64,000 bases of DNA from NCBI GenBank assembly GCA_964234715.1, contig OZ174275.1. One strand, 5' to 3'. Of the stretch, positions 34,261 through 48,427 are shown piece after piece. A program made the position numbers and the translations under genes. Below the pieces are notes generated by a model. That model searched no databases. It saw nothing but the letters and a program-made list of their open reading frames with translations, and was not told the origin of the DNA. The stretch comes from Podarcis melisellensis (lineage: Eukaryota). How positions within the stretch are numbered: position 1 is the first letter of the stretch; each line of letters starts with the position of its first letter.

Positions 34261-35304
34261 AACTGTAGCTCACTCCATCACACATTACACTAATCCTCTG
34301 TTTAGAAATGTTTTATTAAAAATGAGTAATTTTTTTCTGTTTCCAAACCAGTAAAGCGCTGCTGATTTAAATTAACCATTTATTTAATGCTTCTGTTACA
34401 AAAAACTTGCCTTGGTGTTCATCTAAGCAGCCAGCAATGTAAGCTCTCTACAGAGAGGAAACCAACATTCAGCAGTTGGTTCAAAATCAGCAGCTGCTCA
34501 GTAGCTTAAAAGGAACCTTAGTGGCTCAGGTTTTGTTCCCATTGACCATGACTGATAGACAGCATTTAGGTTTAACTTATTCCTCTTCCTCTGAAGAATC
34601 AGTGATTTCTATTCAAAGAGACCAGTGTCACAAGCAAGCCACCACTGGGTATCTACCCTTAGGTTGTAGCCCTGGTCAAACAGCAGCATCTGTATACATT
34701 AAGCACCAATATGAGTGGGAACGAAGCAAGCTATAGTTCTGGACTAAGAAGGGTTAGGGTTAGAAGAGTGAAGACACAAAACTATATTATTATTATTATT
34801 AACTGGTTGTAGGGGAGGAAGAAAGAGGACGAGTGCAGGAACCCAAGGGTCACCCAAACTCATTCATGACAACCACAATTCCTGACCACAGCAAGTTGTT
34901 ATGGGAAGTGGGCTTATAAACTAGGTATCTATGACGAAAAAGAAATGTGTTTGCTTTGACTATACAAAAAAGCAAGTCTTTAAACCTTATTCAGGATCTT
35001 TCTCCTTCCTCTAAAACCCCTTTGCAATGCCCTATACATCTGAAATGCAACTCCTTACCTCACTTAATTCCAAAAAGAAAAAATCAAAAGTAACTACAAA
35101 GCCAAACATGGCTTTGGAATTTGGGGCTGTCCATTCCACCAATAATAATAATAGTAATAATTTTATTATTTATACCCCGCCCATCTGATTGGATTTCCCC
35201 AGCCACTCTGGGCGGCTTACAGCATATATAAAAAACTGTAAAACATTTCCTGATACAGGGCTGCCTTCAGACACATTGTGCTTCTTCAAAGTTTATATTC
35301 TTAC

Positions 35305-35399
35305 CTCAAGTTTTGTTTGTCTGATCACTCGTTAACATAATTGAAGTTCCTATTCCTTTTGTCAGCATCACTGTACAATATACCCAGGGAGCATTTCAG
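35305..35399 (-). other. Probable non-coding (5' UTR) exon of the host gene, 95 nt
   Basis: Strong acceptor CTTTCTCTTTTCTTTGTCCCCCTGTATTTTACAG| and donor GAG|GTAAGA; stop codons in all three frames. Confidence 0.6.
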
Positions 35400-35878
35400 C
35401 TGTAAAATACAGGGGGACAAAGAAAAGAGAAAGATTATTTTATAACCATGTATGAAATGGTTTGACCTCGTAGTAAATTCTGACCTTTAGAACAACCCTT
35501 ATAGTACACTACCACCCTTTTCTATAGTGTTAAACTCATTTTCACTACACCATAAATATACATTAATGGGGGTGTTACTGGCTTTTGCCTTAAACATGTC
35601 CCTAGCACCTTGACTCTAAAATCTCAAGTTGCTTGAGAAAGTATAAAAGGAAAAGCATACGAAAGCTAGTTGCAAGGGTGTACTTCCTATCTCTCATATC
35701 TGCATGAAGTTCTTTCCCCCCTTCAGGTCCATTCACAATGTTCCTTAATGAAACAGAGGGCGGAATTGAGGGGAGAAGATCCAAAAACGCCTCTTCTTCG
35801 CTGTAATAGCCCAGCGTGCAGAATGCTCACACATGCATGCCATGGGGTGGAATGACTGGACTCTTGTACTGTATATAG

Positions 35879-36401
35879 CAGGGGTCGGCAAATTTTTAAA
35901 GCGGTGGGCCGGTCTATTGTCCCTCAGACCTTGTGGCGGGTTGGAAAAGCAGCACGGGGGGGGGGGGCTGGAAGAAGCGGTGAGGGGGGCAAGTAGTCCT
36001 CCTCCCCACCCCCAGCTGCTGCTGCCGCCACCACCACCACCACTGCTTCTCGTGGGTAAGCAGAGTGAGTTCATCCGCTCCGCTCTTTGGCCCACGGGAG
36101 CACCACGGCAGTGGCGGAGGGACAATGAATGGCGCAAAAGGGCTGCTTCCGGAGAGGGGCTGCTTAAAATGGCGATCAGCCAGCCCAGCCACCTTCCTCC
36201 TCTAGGCAGGGTGGGGAGAAGCCAGGAGGAGGGAGAGTGTGTGGGAGGGAGGGGGGGAATGGAATGGAATGGCACGGGGGGGGGGAATGGTGCAACCCAA
36301 ACGAACAGAATCCCCACGCCGATCCACAAACAGTCCACAGGCCAGATCCTGAAGGCAATTGGGCCTGATCTGGCCTATAGGCCTTAGTTTGCTGACCCCT
36401 G
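35879..36401. mobile_element. hAT (Charlie-like) non-autonomous element
   Basis: CAGGGGTCGGCAAA...TTTGCTGACCCCTG; TSD GTATATAG/GTCTATAG. Confidence 0.85.
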
Positions 36402-37139
36402 GTCTATAGGAATCTCATGTGTAAGTGCTGTCTTCACAGCAGGCTGGATTACACCAAATACAAATGCCAACATCTTAATACTGTATATTTTTGTTTTTTC
36501 TCAAAGATGGGCAGATTAGAATCGAATCAGGAACGTTTTTTTTTCTATATCTAATTTAAACAGTCAGTTGCTTTGCCACAAGAGATTAATTTTTATAGCA
36601 ACATTGATTATGTTTCAGGAGGCTCAAGCAAGAAAAGATGAGCCCTTGAACTAGTTTCTGTGTCCTGGAAGATTTACATCTGTTAAGCTGCAGGAGAGGG
36701 GCTATAGCTTGTGTTGCTCACATGATTTTCACGCAAAACGCCATAGGTACTATCCTGGGTCACAACTGAAACTTTGCCAGTCAGTGTCAACAGTACTGAC
36801 ACTAGATGTATTAATGATCTGTCTCAGTTATTAGGCAGCTTCTTGAGTACTACTATTTCCTGCAAAAATGACTGGACTGGGTGGTAAATTGGCTGCTGAA
36901 ATAAACACCTTTATTCAAATTATATCCAACAGGAGAACTGACATGGCGGAAAACAAGTGAATAATAATATTTTTTAATATATTTATTTATTTTATATGGA
37001 AATTTCTATCCTACCCTTCTGGCACAACTCAGCACAGCATACAGTAACTTAAAATCACATCAACACCACCCACTTCACTGCCCCACTGAAAACATAACAA
37101 AAGCGAAGACCAAACACATAATCCAACCTTTACACAAAG

Positions 37140-38330
37140 CTGCTGATACTTAGCAGGCAAAAGCCTGCTAAAAAAAGAATGTATTTACCAACAGGCAGGT
37201 GGGGAGGGGAAGGCTACATGTTTCAAGAAACAAGATACAGTACTGTATTCCATAACATTGGTGAAGCCGCTGAGAAGGCCCTATCAAGTGCTGCTCTCAA
37301 CCATGCTCCCATCAACCATGCCTCCACCCCAGGTTGAACACAGAGAAGGGCATCTCCTTCTGATACTACTATGGAAGGAAGTAGCTCCTCCGCTATTGTG
37401 GGCCTAAGCTATTTAAAGCTTTAAAGAGAATCACTGAAGTTTCAATTTGTTACCAGAAACAACTAGCAACCAGTGCAGACATTGCCAGATAGGTGTTAAG
37501 ACAGACCTACTGCTACATTCTGAGAAGTTCAGCAGAACCCATAGGGATGTACTCCCTCTGTCTAGTTCCCAGTGGAGGTTGTCTACAAAGTCAACCAAAG
37601 CTGCTTTGGTTCCAACTTCAGGCATGAAGCCAGATTGAAATGGATCATAATCCATTTTATCCAAGAGACTGATATTCTACTATGCCTTCGTGTACCTTGC
37701 CAAAAATGGTAAACTTGAGACTGGTTGGTAATTGTCCAACATGATGGGGGGTTTAGAGGGGACCGTTTCATCAGGGGGTTATAGGTAGTTAGGAACTCTT
37801 TTTACATAAGTCAGCGCTCCTATGAAGGTTCCTGTCAGTCTGAAGACAGGTTCAAGCATTCAAGATCTGTCAATGACAAAAGGACCGTACACTGCCCCTC
37901 CATACCTCTTGTTCAGAACTAAAACAGTACAAAATTCAAGCCCAAAGTATATCCTGCTATGTGAAGGAGTCCCGATATAATTTGGGATAGCCCCACAGTT
38001 GCTGTGGAGGGCAGAAAGTCCTGAGCGACTTCCAACAAGGTGGTCTTTGCATGGATGTCAAAGTCACTCACTAACAACAGGCTGGGAAACTCCAACAACA
38101 TGGGAAACTACCCTAGCTAGGTCACATAAAGAGCCTGTTATACAACAGAATCTCCCTTCTGTGCCAGCCACCTACCTCAAGAACAAACACTCAATGATTC
38201 AAACAGGGCACTAGGTCAGGGTGGATGGAATCATGATAGACCACAGCAATTCTGCCTCCTTGCCTGCCCATACATGCAGAGCCTCAGCTGATGGCTGTAC
38301 AGAGAAACCTGGTACAGAGAGATAAAATAC
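37140..38330 (-). mobile_element. Decayed L2 LINE fragments (EN and RT pieces)
   Basis: Minus ORFs DPFQSGFMPEVGTKAALVDFVDNLHWELDRG and LLLVSDFDIH...GYTLGL. Confidence 0.75.
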
Positions 38331-41300
38331 GTTTACCCATCCACTTCTTCCAACCATGGCTCTGCAATACATTCTAGGTCAGATCCTGGGAGGTCATATT
38401 TTACCACGTACTGACATGGCATTCGAAAACACCACCTCCAGACTGGAAGGATTGCCACCATACGCACAAGGACCTTGGTTGACAGGTAAATTGGAAAGAA
38501 AAAAGGTATACCATCCAGTTATCCTTCCCTCTCTGGGACTCTCTGTGAAAATGAAAATAGCAGTTTGCAGATTGTGCAACTCTTTTTTCCCTCTTGCTTA
38601 ATTTAATTTAAAGTGCAACACCCCCAAAATTGGGGGGGGGGGGAAATCAAGCATTCGAGATCATTATTCTTTTGAGATGAAACTAGATAGTAATCATCTT
38701 GTCATGAGTTTTTCTAATGATCTGCCACTTACAGACCAGACTGACAGGAGCCAACTCTTCTTATGCAATAGAGTATTTTGTAGGGCGGGCAAGCAACCAT
38801 GTGCTCACCTTCAGAATGCATAGTATCCTTTGAGCTGTATGCTTAAAATAAACCCAAAGCGGGTTCTCCATGTATCCAACTTAATGCTCAAAGGAACAAG
38901 GACTAATGGACACTGTGCCTTGTTGGAAGTGCTGGGAAATGTAGCTCTGGGAGGGAGAACTACTGTTCCCAGTATTCTGTTGGGGTATGCGCATTAGATG
39001 TGCTTTAAGCGTCTGGCATGAATCTGCCCACATGCTCCATGAGGCAAGACCATATGCAAGAGCATGCTATCAGAAGACAGGCAACAGCTAGAAACCATTC
39101 TGCCTTGAGGATTTCCCATTTTTTTCCTGACTCCAGCCCTCAGTAAAAGAGTTGGTTCCAGGCAAGTGTGGGACAAGATGAAAAGGATGGAATTGAGGTA
39201 AGTGACAACACATCTGGACACTAAGCTAATAGCTGCTGGAAGGAGGATTCACTAAGTTCCTGACTGTCACCTTTGTGCATGGACACTGAACATGCACTGC
39301 TACTTTCTTAGATCTGCAGAGCCTATTGGTTCTTCACTAGGGTCCTACAAGTGAACATACAGTACAAAGTATTCCCCTGTCAAAGATGCCAGTCCGAGCC
39401 AGATTTGTTCTGTAAGTCTCCTTGGAGGTAGACCTCATAGGAGACTGAAACTGGAGCTTACCATGTGACGGGTGGTGAAGAGATGAAGGAGCACACCTGC
39501 TGGTTGTGAATTTACTATTCCTACACAAAGATCTTCATGCACAACAGCTGAGGCACACAAAAGAACTGAGCATGAGTGTATCTGTGTACACATCCCATAA
39601 ACAGAAGACTGGCACAGGAGTAGTTGGGAAAGAGAATCTGCTGAGCAAATTTAGGCCAGAGACAAGTTCTGGAGATTTCAGGTTAGTGTCACTTGACGGG
39701 AGCTTTGGTAAGCCCTAATGTGATCTACTAGATTTTTTAATTGAATCCAGGGGGCCAAGATCTGTACATCTTTAAACAAAAATGAATTCAGTGCTTTAGG
39801 CATACAACTCTTAAGAAGAAGAATCTACAATTAAGCATCAGTACACCTAAACATTTTAAAAATAATAATAACACGTTTTTGAGTATTCCATCTAATAAAA
39901 CTTTGCAGATAGCCAGTCATCTGTGCTGAGGAGTTTCAGTGGCTGGGTTGGAATTTTAGAAACACAAAACCACACTGAGCTTCAGAATACAACATTTAGC
40001 ATTTCACCCCATTTATCCCTTCACAGCACCAAGTGCTTCACTGTAACAGAATAACTACCACCATGAGCAGATGAAGTATAGTAGTTAAGAGCTACCCTTA
40101 GCCAAATAGTTTTGAGTTCCAATCTCTTCTCAGCTATGCTATACATTACTGGATGTGCCAAAGCAAACCACTCTTTCAGCTTCAGCTTCCTTTTTTCAGA
40201 GTTGCCGTAAAGATTACTGAAAAAATGTAGATGAAGCTCTAGGAACATAGTGAGTAACTGCCCCAAGCAGAGATTTAAACCTGTCAAGGTCTCCCGCATT
40301 CAATTCCAGCACAGTATAAATTACATTATACAGGTCCTCAAGGCACTCCATGATCAACTTACATATTTGTTCTACTGGCGCTGACTACACAGCATTTATA
40401 TTGCAGTTTCTCCAACTAAGTTAACTAACTTACTGTTAATTTTGTTGTGATCCCCAGAGGTCAAATGAACAGACTTGCTACAAAAGCTGAAAAAATGACT
40501 ATTTTTGCATCAAATTAATGCCTTCAAAAATGGAAAGCACAGGAGTTTTGAAGTCATGTAATTGCCAAATTCAGCTTCATAAGAGTGTCCATTTAGGAAT
40601 AAAACATTTCCAGTCCTTTCAAAGAATGAATAATTGTAAAAATGTAAGATTATATTATTTAAATAAGATTCAGTTTCAGCTGTATTAAAAGATAAAAAGT
40701 TGTCCTTTAAACGAAATCTGCATGTAATATAAACATGTTAAGTATGCTGAATTAGTGGTAACTAGAGAACTTCAGCAAACCAAAGCAAAGTGCTGCGCTC
40801 ACAGATTCCCACCCACCTCCTATTTTCTTACTATTAGGCCAGCAGGAAGAGACCAGCCAAAATTACTTTATTATCCTGAATCCCAACTTATCATTAAGTA
40901 CAAACTAGAATCGTATGTAAATCAGCTTTATAACCTACAGTTTGAAGCGGGCTTTTTTGAAAGTGACTAGTTTGTTTTACACTAGCTGTCGAGATCCAGA
41001 GAAAGTGTAATATTTACAGTTCCTATGTGGAAAAGCACTCCGCCCCCCCCCCCCATAATTATCAGCCTAGCTTCTGGACACAGAATGCTGGACTATGGCC
41101 CTTCGCTCCAAATGATATTACTTACAGGCTTTGCACACATACAAGAAAGCCAGTAAATTAATTTTCATAATCCCCACCTCATCTCTACAGGCAGATATAA
41201 TTGAGTAGTGCAAAATACATGATCAGAGATCTTGGATTATGCTTCAAGGTGGGATAATTTAGCTGCAAACCAATTTGTGTTCATTTGCTGCAGCAACTAA

Positions 41301-42776
41301 ATCTTGTTCGTAGAATATATGAATCACAAAAGGGAAAATTCAATGTACACCAGTGATTTTTAAAGGGCTCTCATCTTAATGACTTACATCAACAACATTT
41401 AAAGTAATTCACATTTGCCCTTATGTTCGGGAAGATGTTACAGAAAGTGTGCAGCCAATGCCTGCTGAAAGCTCAGAAACCAGAAAGATAGCTGAGTAAG
41501 ATTTCTGCTATGAGACTTGTCATTTAAGAACATAAGAAGAGTCTGCTGGAGCAGGACGATGCTCTATCTAGTCCAGCATCCTTTTCTCACAGCGGCCACA
41601 ATAGGTGGGAAACCTGCAAGCAGGACCTGTTTCAGACATTTACTCCACCTTGGATGCACCATCTTTCTAATCCACTTATTAGGTGGTCTGGAAAGAATGG
41701 CAGAGAAAACTGGTTCCTATCTCTTCCCCTCTAACACCTATTGCATACAATGCTAGCTTAAAAAAAAATACAGATTTCTGAAAATTGGTCGAAGGCTTGG
41801 ACAAAAAAGGGTAATATAGACTGAAGGGCTTTTGGATTAATGACATAAAACTTTTATGTTACTGAAATACAATTAAGGCTAGACTTGGGTAAAATTACCT
41901 GGGGGTGGTTGCAAGCACATTAGCGGTTTTATTTTCCAAAAATCCAAATTACAATCTGCCAGCCCATTAACAAGGTTTGAACTTCTGATCTAGAATTCTA
42001 TTCTAGATGTTATGGGTCTACTCTCAAATATATATACAACAAACTAACAGAAATTTCAACAGGAAATGTCACTGGCCAGAAAACATTATGGGAGACAAAT
42101 TTAGGTTGGCAAGACCCAATGGCAAGTTATATGTAATACATAATAGTTTTGTTGTATTTTAGAGTTCTCACACAGACCATGCATATATTCTCTTTCAACA
42201 GAGCAGCTTCAAAGTTTGAACTTCTAGCTAAGCAAAGTCTCTTTCACTGACCTTGGTGATTTGTCTTTTAAGATAAGACACATTTATAATTTACATCAGG
42301 TGTGGAATGATATTTTGACCTGTGCTATCCTAGTACATAACTTTTTATTTTATTTTATTTTATTTAAGTGAGTGTGCTCAATTTTATACCCATCGCAATA
42401 CCCAGCTTCTCTTGGCACAGATTTTTTTTCTTATTTGCACAGCTCTGAAAATAAGCTGCCTCTAGCCTAGCCTAGTTCTTTCATGTTTTGGATTTCTCAT
42501 TTCCTCTCTCCTCCCACAGAAACCATGCATAGGATTTCTAGAACAAGTTCAGTTTTATGTCCTACCAAAAGAATTATTCTAAAAGCAACACTCAAGAAAG
42601 CACCAGAGTGGCAGTTTTTATAACAGGAATTTATAAACATAAGTTCTTCCATGGCTATGATTCTAAAAGTCTGTCCATTCTTTCAGAACCCTGACAATTT
42701 CAGCTTTTATTTTAAGAAAGGACATTTCCAGATCTCTTGGTTCCACAAACAAGGGTGGAAAGGTTCTGTAAAACAA

Positions 42777-42777
<1 letters not shown>

Positions 42778-42818
<41 letters not shown>

Positions 42819-43322
42819 CCTTCCATCTCGCTGGGTTTCCCTGAATGGGGCTGCCTTCAGAAGTTTTCTAAAAGTTGTGCAATTCTTTATCTCCCTGACA
42901 TCTGATGGGAAGGTGTTCCACAAGGAGGGCGCCACTACCGAAAAAGCTCTCTGCCGGGTTCCGTGTAACTTTACTTCTCACAGGTAGGAAACCACCAGAA
43001 GACCCTCAAAAGTGAACCTCAGTGTCCAGGCTGAATGATGGAGGTGAAGAAGCTTCTTCAGGTATGCTGGGCTGAGGCCATTTAGGGCTTTAAAGGTCAG
43101 CACCAACACTTTGAACTGTGCTCAGAAATGTACTGAGTGCCAATGTAGGTCTTTCAGGAACAGTGTTATATGGTCTCAGTGGCCATTCCCAGTCACCAGT
43201 CTAGCTGCCGCGTTCTGGATTAGTTGTAGTTTCTGGGTCACCTTCAAATGTAGCCCCACGTAGAGCGCATTGCAGTAGTCCAAGCAGGAGATAACCAGAG
43301 CATGCACCACTCTGGCGAGGCA
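42778..43322 (-). mobile_element. L2 LINE 3' fragment with (TAA)n tail
   Basis: Minus translation VVHALVISCLDYCNALYVG...IQNAAARLVTG...APSLWNTFPSDVR. Confidence 0.85.
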
Positions 43323-44575
43323 GAAGTATATAAAAAATGATTTAATCAAGTCTTACTGATTAGTGATTTAAATCGTGATTTAAATCAATTTGATTTAAAT
43401 CAATTTGATTAAATCAAATCCACCCTGGCTGGAGGTTTATGATGCAATACATTTTTCAATGCCTACATCCAAAGTAGTCTACATGGTAGCCCCTGACATT
43501 GTTTAATTATAATAGCTATCATCCCTGATCTTTAGTCATGCTAGCGGGGCTTATGAGATTTTTATTTCACAACATCTGGAAGGCATCCCATTGGCTAGCC
43601 CTCCCCTGGTTATTCAAAACACAAGTATAAGGCTTTGTTAGTGAACATGAAACCACAAATAAACCAAGTTAAGTACCCTACAGAAAACAAAACAGATAAT
43701 ACTTGTGATTTTGCTAGAAATATCACTTTACCTTAAAGATCTCAAAATGCACAAGGCAAACTGCAAAGCAAGCATTTGCAGCAGTGCATAATTAAATGGT
43801 GGCTATCGTGATGGAGATTAAAGGGCGATGGGATAGTTCAGTTGTGGGATTATACAGTTAACAGAATTGTATCACAGACCAAATTAATGAGTCAAACTTT
43901 AGTAAAGCATTGGTGTCTCTTCTCATTTAGAGAGGCTTATGATGCTAAAAAAAGTTTCTTTAAAACCCCAGCAACTAAATCCATCACTCATATTTTCAAA
44001 TACTGAAACATGAGCATGTTTTTTCTCAAACCATAAGACAAGGTATCTGTAGTCATATCTCTAACAGCATATAGGAAAATGTCCATGCAGTGTTTGTCTG
44101 AACATCATTCTCTATTGTGAGATAGAACAATAATCATTTATTTAAAAGAAGAAGATTCCATTTCTAGTTCAGGAATCGACTAAGTAGATGGTAATCAATA
44201 TGAAATCATATACTTGCTAAGAGTTTATTAAATTTATTAGCTGATTTTCTGAACAATCAACTGCACACAAATCAACATTCAAAAATAGAAGTCCTTTATT
44301 TCTTTTGCCTTAGTACTTCTGCCTTTGAGGCAGATAAATCCAGGGCAGCTAAGCCAGTCATAACACAATACTTAGCCAAGTCACTGATCAAGTAATGGCA
44401 GCACTCCTGCCATAACAGAAACAAGTAGCTGTTTTATGAAATCTGGAGCAAAAACAAACATGCTGGTTCATAACAGTCTTGTTTTTAACAACTTGCCTAG
44501 GAGTCATAGGTGACCAGGAATGCAGACTACCAGCCTCTCTTAAAGGCTAGTAAAAAAATGTGCAGGGTAGTAACT

Positions 44576-45221
44576 GGTCCCATCACCTCCTGGCAAATAG
44601 AAGGGGATTAAATGGAGGAAGTGAGAAATTGTACTTTATTGGGCTCCATGATCACTGCAGATGGCGACAGCAGTCATGAAATTAAAAGACACCTGCTCCT
44701 TGGGAGAAAGGCGATGGCAAACCTAGACAGCATCTTAAAAAGCAGAGACATCACCTTGCCAACAAAGGTCTGTATAGTTAAAGCTATGGTTTTCCCAGTA
44801 GTCATGTATGGAAGTGAGAGCTGGACCATAAAGAAGGCTGATCGCCGAAGAATTGACGCTTTTGAATTATGGTGCTGGAGGAGACTCTTGAGAGTCCCAT
44901 TGACTGCAAGAAGATCAAACCTATCCATTCTTAAGGAAATCAGCCCTGAGAGCTCACTGGAAGGACAGATCCTGAAGCTGAGACTCCAGTACTTTGGCCA
45001 CCTCATGAGAAGAGAAGACTCCCTGGAAAAGGCCCTGATGTTGGGAAAGATGGAGGGCACAAGGAGAAGGGGACAGCAGAGGACAAGATGGTTGGACAGT
45101 GTTCTCGAAGCCACCAACATGAGTTTGACCAAACTGCGGGAGGCAGTGGAAGACAGGAGTGCCTGGCGTGCATGGGGTCACGAAGAGTCGGACACGACGA
45201 AACAACTAAACAACAACAACA
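44576..45221 (+). mobile_element. Bov-B (RTE) LINE, 5'-truncated
   Basis: ORF LGSMITADGDSSHEIKRHLLLGRKAMANLDSILKSRDITLPTKV...; (CAA)n tail; candidate TSD AGTAACT (44569-44575 and 45222-45228). Confidence 0.93.
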
Positions 45222-46035
45222 AGTAACTTGTGTGCTTATTTCCAAGACTGGGTTCATACAAAACTCAAATCAGTTTTCAAATTGCAGTACTGTGAATCTC
45301 TCATCAAATCTCTGTGCTCATGGCAGAATTTTCCTAAAAGCCCTGGCTCTCCTTAAATCTGATACCATGAGTCAACAGGAACAATTCCGGATCTAAATTT
45401 CTGCTACTATATTGGGGCCTGCTAGCCTCAGCATATGCTTTATAAAGCACCAAGAACTAAGGTTTGCAATGAATTTGGTTGCTGTTAGCATGCTGCTAAC
45501 AGACCAGAGTGAGAACAAGGCACTCATTCAGTAAGGGGCATCAAAAGAGCCTAAATAATTCAGAAGAAGCCACTGATATTAATTGCTGTACAGTAAGTTT
45601 GTTCAAGAAGCCTTGGTATAACAATACCAAGCTGCCGCATACACCCCAGATCAAGTAAATCAATAAAAATACCCACTAAATTTGATTTATCTGCCCCCCA
45701 CTATCATGAAGCCTGGCCCCCAACATAAATCCTGGCTACGCCCATGAATAATAACTAACTGGGAACAACAACTATAATACATTAATAAGCCGGGAACATA
45801 AAAGGAAGAAAGGAAAGCTGTTATAGGAGAGAGAACTGAACGTAAAAGGATAAGGGAGGTGAGATGAAAACAACTGGAGATAATAAGGTATAAGGAGAAT
45901 GGGAGAAGAAATTACAGGGGCTGAGTAAAATATGTTCGGAGGCATGTCAGGATGTGAAGGGAAAACATAAAAAAAACCTTCTCTGCTTAGAGCCTTTGGA
46001 TCAGCAAATTTGGGAGGTTGAGCCACATGTCTGTA

Positions 46036-46448
46036 CAGTGGTACCTCTGGTTACAAATGCTTCTGGTTACGAATGCTTCAGGTTGCGAGCTCCGCTAACC
46101 CGGAAGTAGCTGCTCCTGCTTGTGAACTTTGCCCCAGGATGCGAATGGAAATCGTGCACACAGCAAGAGGCCTCATTAGCAAAAGCACGCCTCGATAAGA
46201 ACTGTACAGTGGTACCTCTGGTAACGTACTTAATTCGTTCCAGAGGTCCATTCTTAACCTGAAACTGTTCTTAACCTGAAGCACCACTTTAGCTAATGGG
46301 GCCTCCTGCTGCTGCTGCGCTGCCAGAGCACAATTTCTGTTCTCATCCTGAAGCAAAGTTCTTAACCCGAGGTAGTATTTCTGGGTTAGCGGAGTCTGTA
46401 ACCTGAAGTGTATGTAACCTGAAGTATATGTAACCCAAGGTACCACTG
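46036..46448. mobile_element. Two abutting Tigger-like family A MITEs (46036-46204 and 46207-46448, second one reversed)
   Basis: TA|CAGTGGTACCTC...ACTG|TA|CAGTGGTACCTC...GGTACCACTG|TA. Confidence 0.8.
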
Positions 46449-48427
46449 TACTGAGATTCTGGGAAACTATAGAACTCCTTCCACAATGAAAATTTTGAGG
46501 CAAAGAATTTAGATATCAGTAGATATGGATGTCAGCAATTTCCAGCTGATTATGCCAAATTCTGACTCCATCTGTTTCCATTCTATGATTGGTTCTACCC
46601 CTGCACCACCACTTTGTGACTGGTGGTCCTCAGTACGGTAATTTTCAACCATCTCAAGTTGGCCCTAGGTGGTAAAAAAGTTTGAGAATCCCTGCTCTAG
46701 GGCATCAGAAAGTTTTCTGATGCAAGTTATCCTATGCAAATTTCCAGATGATTTTCCAATTCAAATATTCCTGGAAAACCCACATCACTGGTACTAGGTT
46801 AAATAGGCAATGAGAGCAATGAGGCAAGGAGTTTGCATTGCTACTGAAGCAAATAGTTGCTCATACTGTGGAGCTGATTTGGAGGGGAAGGTTTTATAAG
46901 GCCTGTTATTGGCCCATTTGCTTGTGAGATTAGTGCGGGGTTAGTTAACAGTCAAGCCCCCTTGGATCAAAAAGTTTAATCTGTCTGGTTAACAGATGAG
47001 AGTGCTGGTGGGTGCAGGCTCTAAGACACTAAGTTGACCCCGTTCAAGATCTTCCCTAGAAGGGTTTCTGTACCTTTAGAGCAGAGACTCCTTCCTCAAC
47101 TCCAAGCTTAGCAGGAGATTATAATATTGTTCCTCAGTGTGCTTTCAAGCATAGGGTGGCACAGAAGGTCCCAAACATTCTGCCTATGGCTTGGAAGGGA
47201 TATATTAACTTTGACATCATACTGATCACATACAAGTGCCTCGATCTCACCATTCTGGGACAAAGTCCTGGCAAGTATAAATTTTGGCTGATTACAAAGA
47301 CCAGCCAACATTTAGGAACTCTTGAATCCAGGTCTTCAACAAATGCAAGCCATAATCTCTAACCCAGAGTGGGGAAACGTTTTCAGCCCAAAGGCCACAT
47401 TTCTTCACCAGTAACTTTTTTAGAGCTGCATTGAAAATATTTTTAAAGTGTTAGTCTGAAAAGAAACAGTCTGATAACTTGGATTCAAAGACAATAGAAT
47501 ATATGTGAGAAGCCAGAGGACCAAGTCACAAATGTACACGTCTCTAACTTTTGAAAGTTGGCAGCCTATCACAGTAAATAAGAGGAATGTTTGAGTAGGA
47601 TATGAATAATGAATGTGCTCTGAACACAACTGGAGTGTTTACAGTAGTAAACTAATTTGCACTGCTCCAACTGTTCTAACAAAATCAATAGCAGAAAGTG
47701 TCAAACAAATAAAAGCTTTATGTGCAATTACAGCAATATAAATATTGATGCACAAAATATAACACATCTATCCACTAGATGATCAAACCTTCTTTTGGAC
47801 ATCCTCCATGAGACACACCATAAGAACTTCCAAACACAAATGCATCAAACCTCTTCATTGCTTCCTGTTTTGTTCATTTTCCAACCACGCAAGGGACTAC
47901 CTGCTACTCTTATTCTATAACTAAAGAAGTAGCTAAAGAAAGGTCTACAAGGAGACGAAGTAAGGCCTACATGTGCCTGCCAGAATCAAATTGCAAGCCC
48001 TAGTTTATATAAATAAATAAGGCAGTATAAGTGCAGTATATGATATATTATTTTTGTATTTCCTTTCAGTCCAGAAGAATCACCAATAAAATACACAACA
48101 CAATAACACCAGGATTGCTTCTGCAGCACATGGTACAGTTCTGACAGTATTTAAACCAGTAGTGCCTGAAGAGCACACATGTTAAGCAGTAAGGGTGATA
48201 AATTTAAGAACTGGGAAGAAGATCAGAAATGAATTACCCCAGATCAGAAAACTATCCTTCATGGGCAGGGCCCAAATCCTGCCCAATTTCAAAAATGGCT
48301 CATAACAGGCTCACCCCAGCATCAACAAGTCCTTCCTGCCACCTGTCTCTCCCCTTTCTCAAAAAGTGTCATTGCAAAAAAAGGAGGGGCCAATGGCAGG
48401 GAATACTGTAGAAATACTATCTTTACA

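Noticed and set aside
35745-36387. 184-197 aa ORFs on both strands
   Set aside because: Low-complexity GC-rich interior of a hAT element bounded by TIRs and a TSD.
43339-43427. GATTTAAATC palindrome cluster as a regulatory array
   Set aside because: It ends in ...ATCCACCCTG, consistent with subterminal repeats of a truncated DNA-transposon end.
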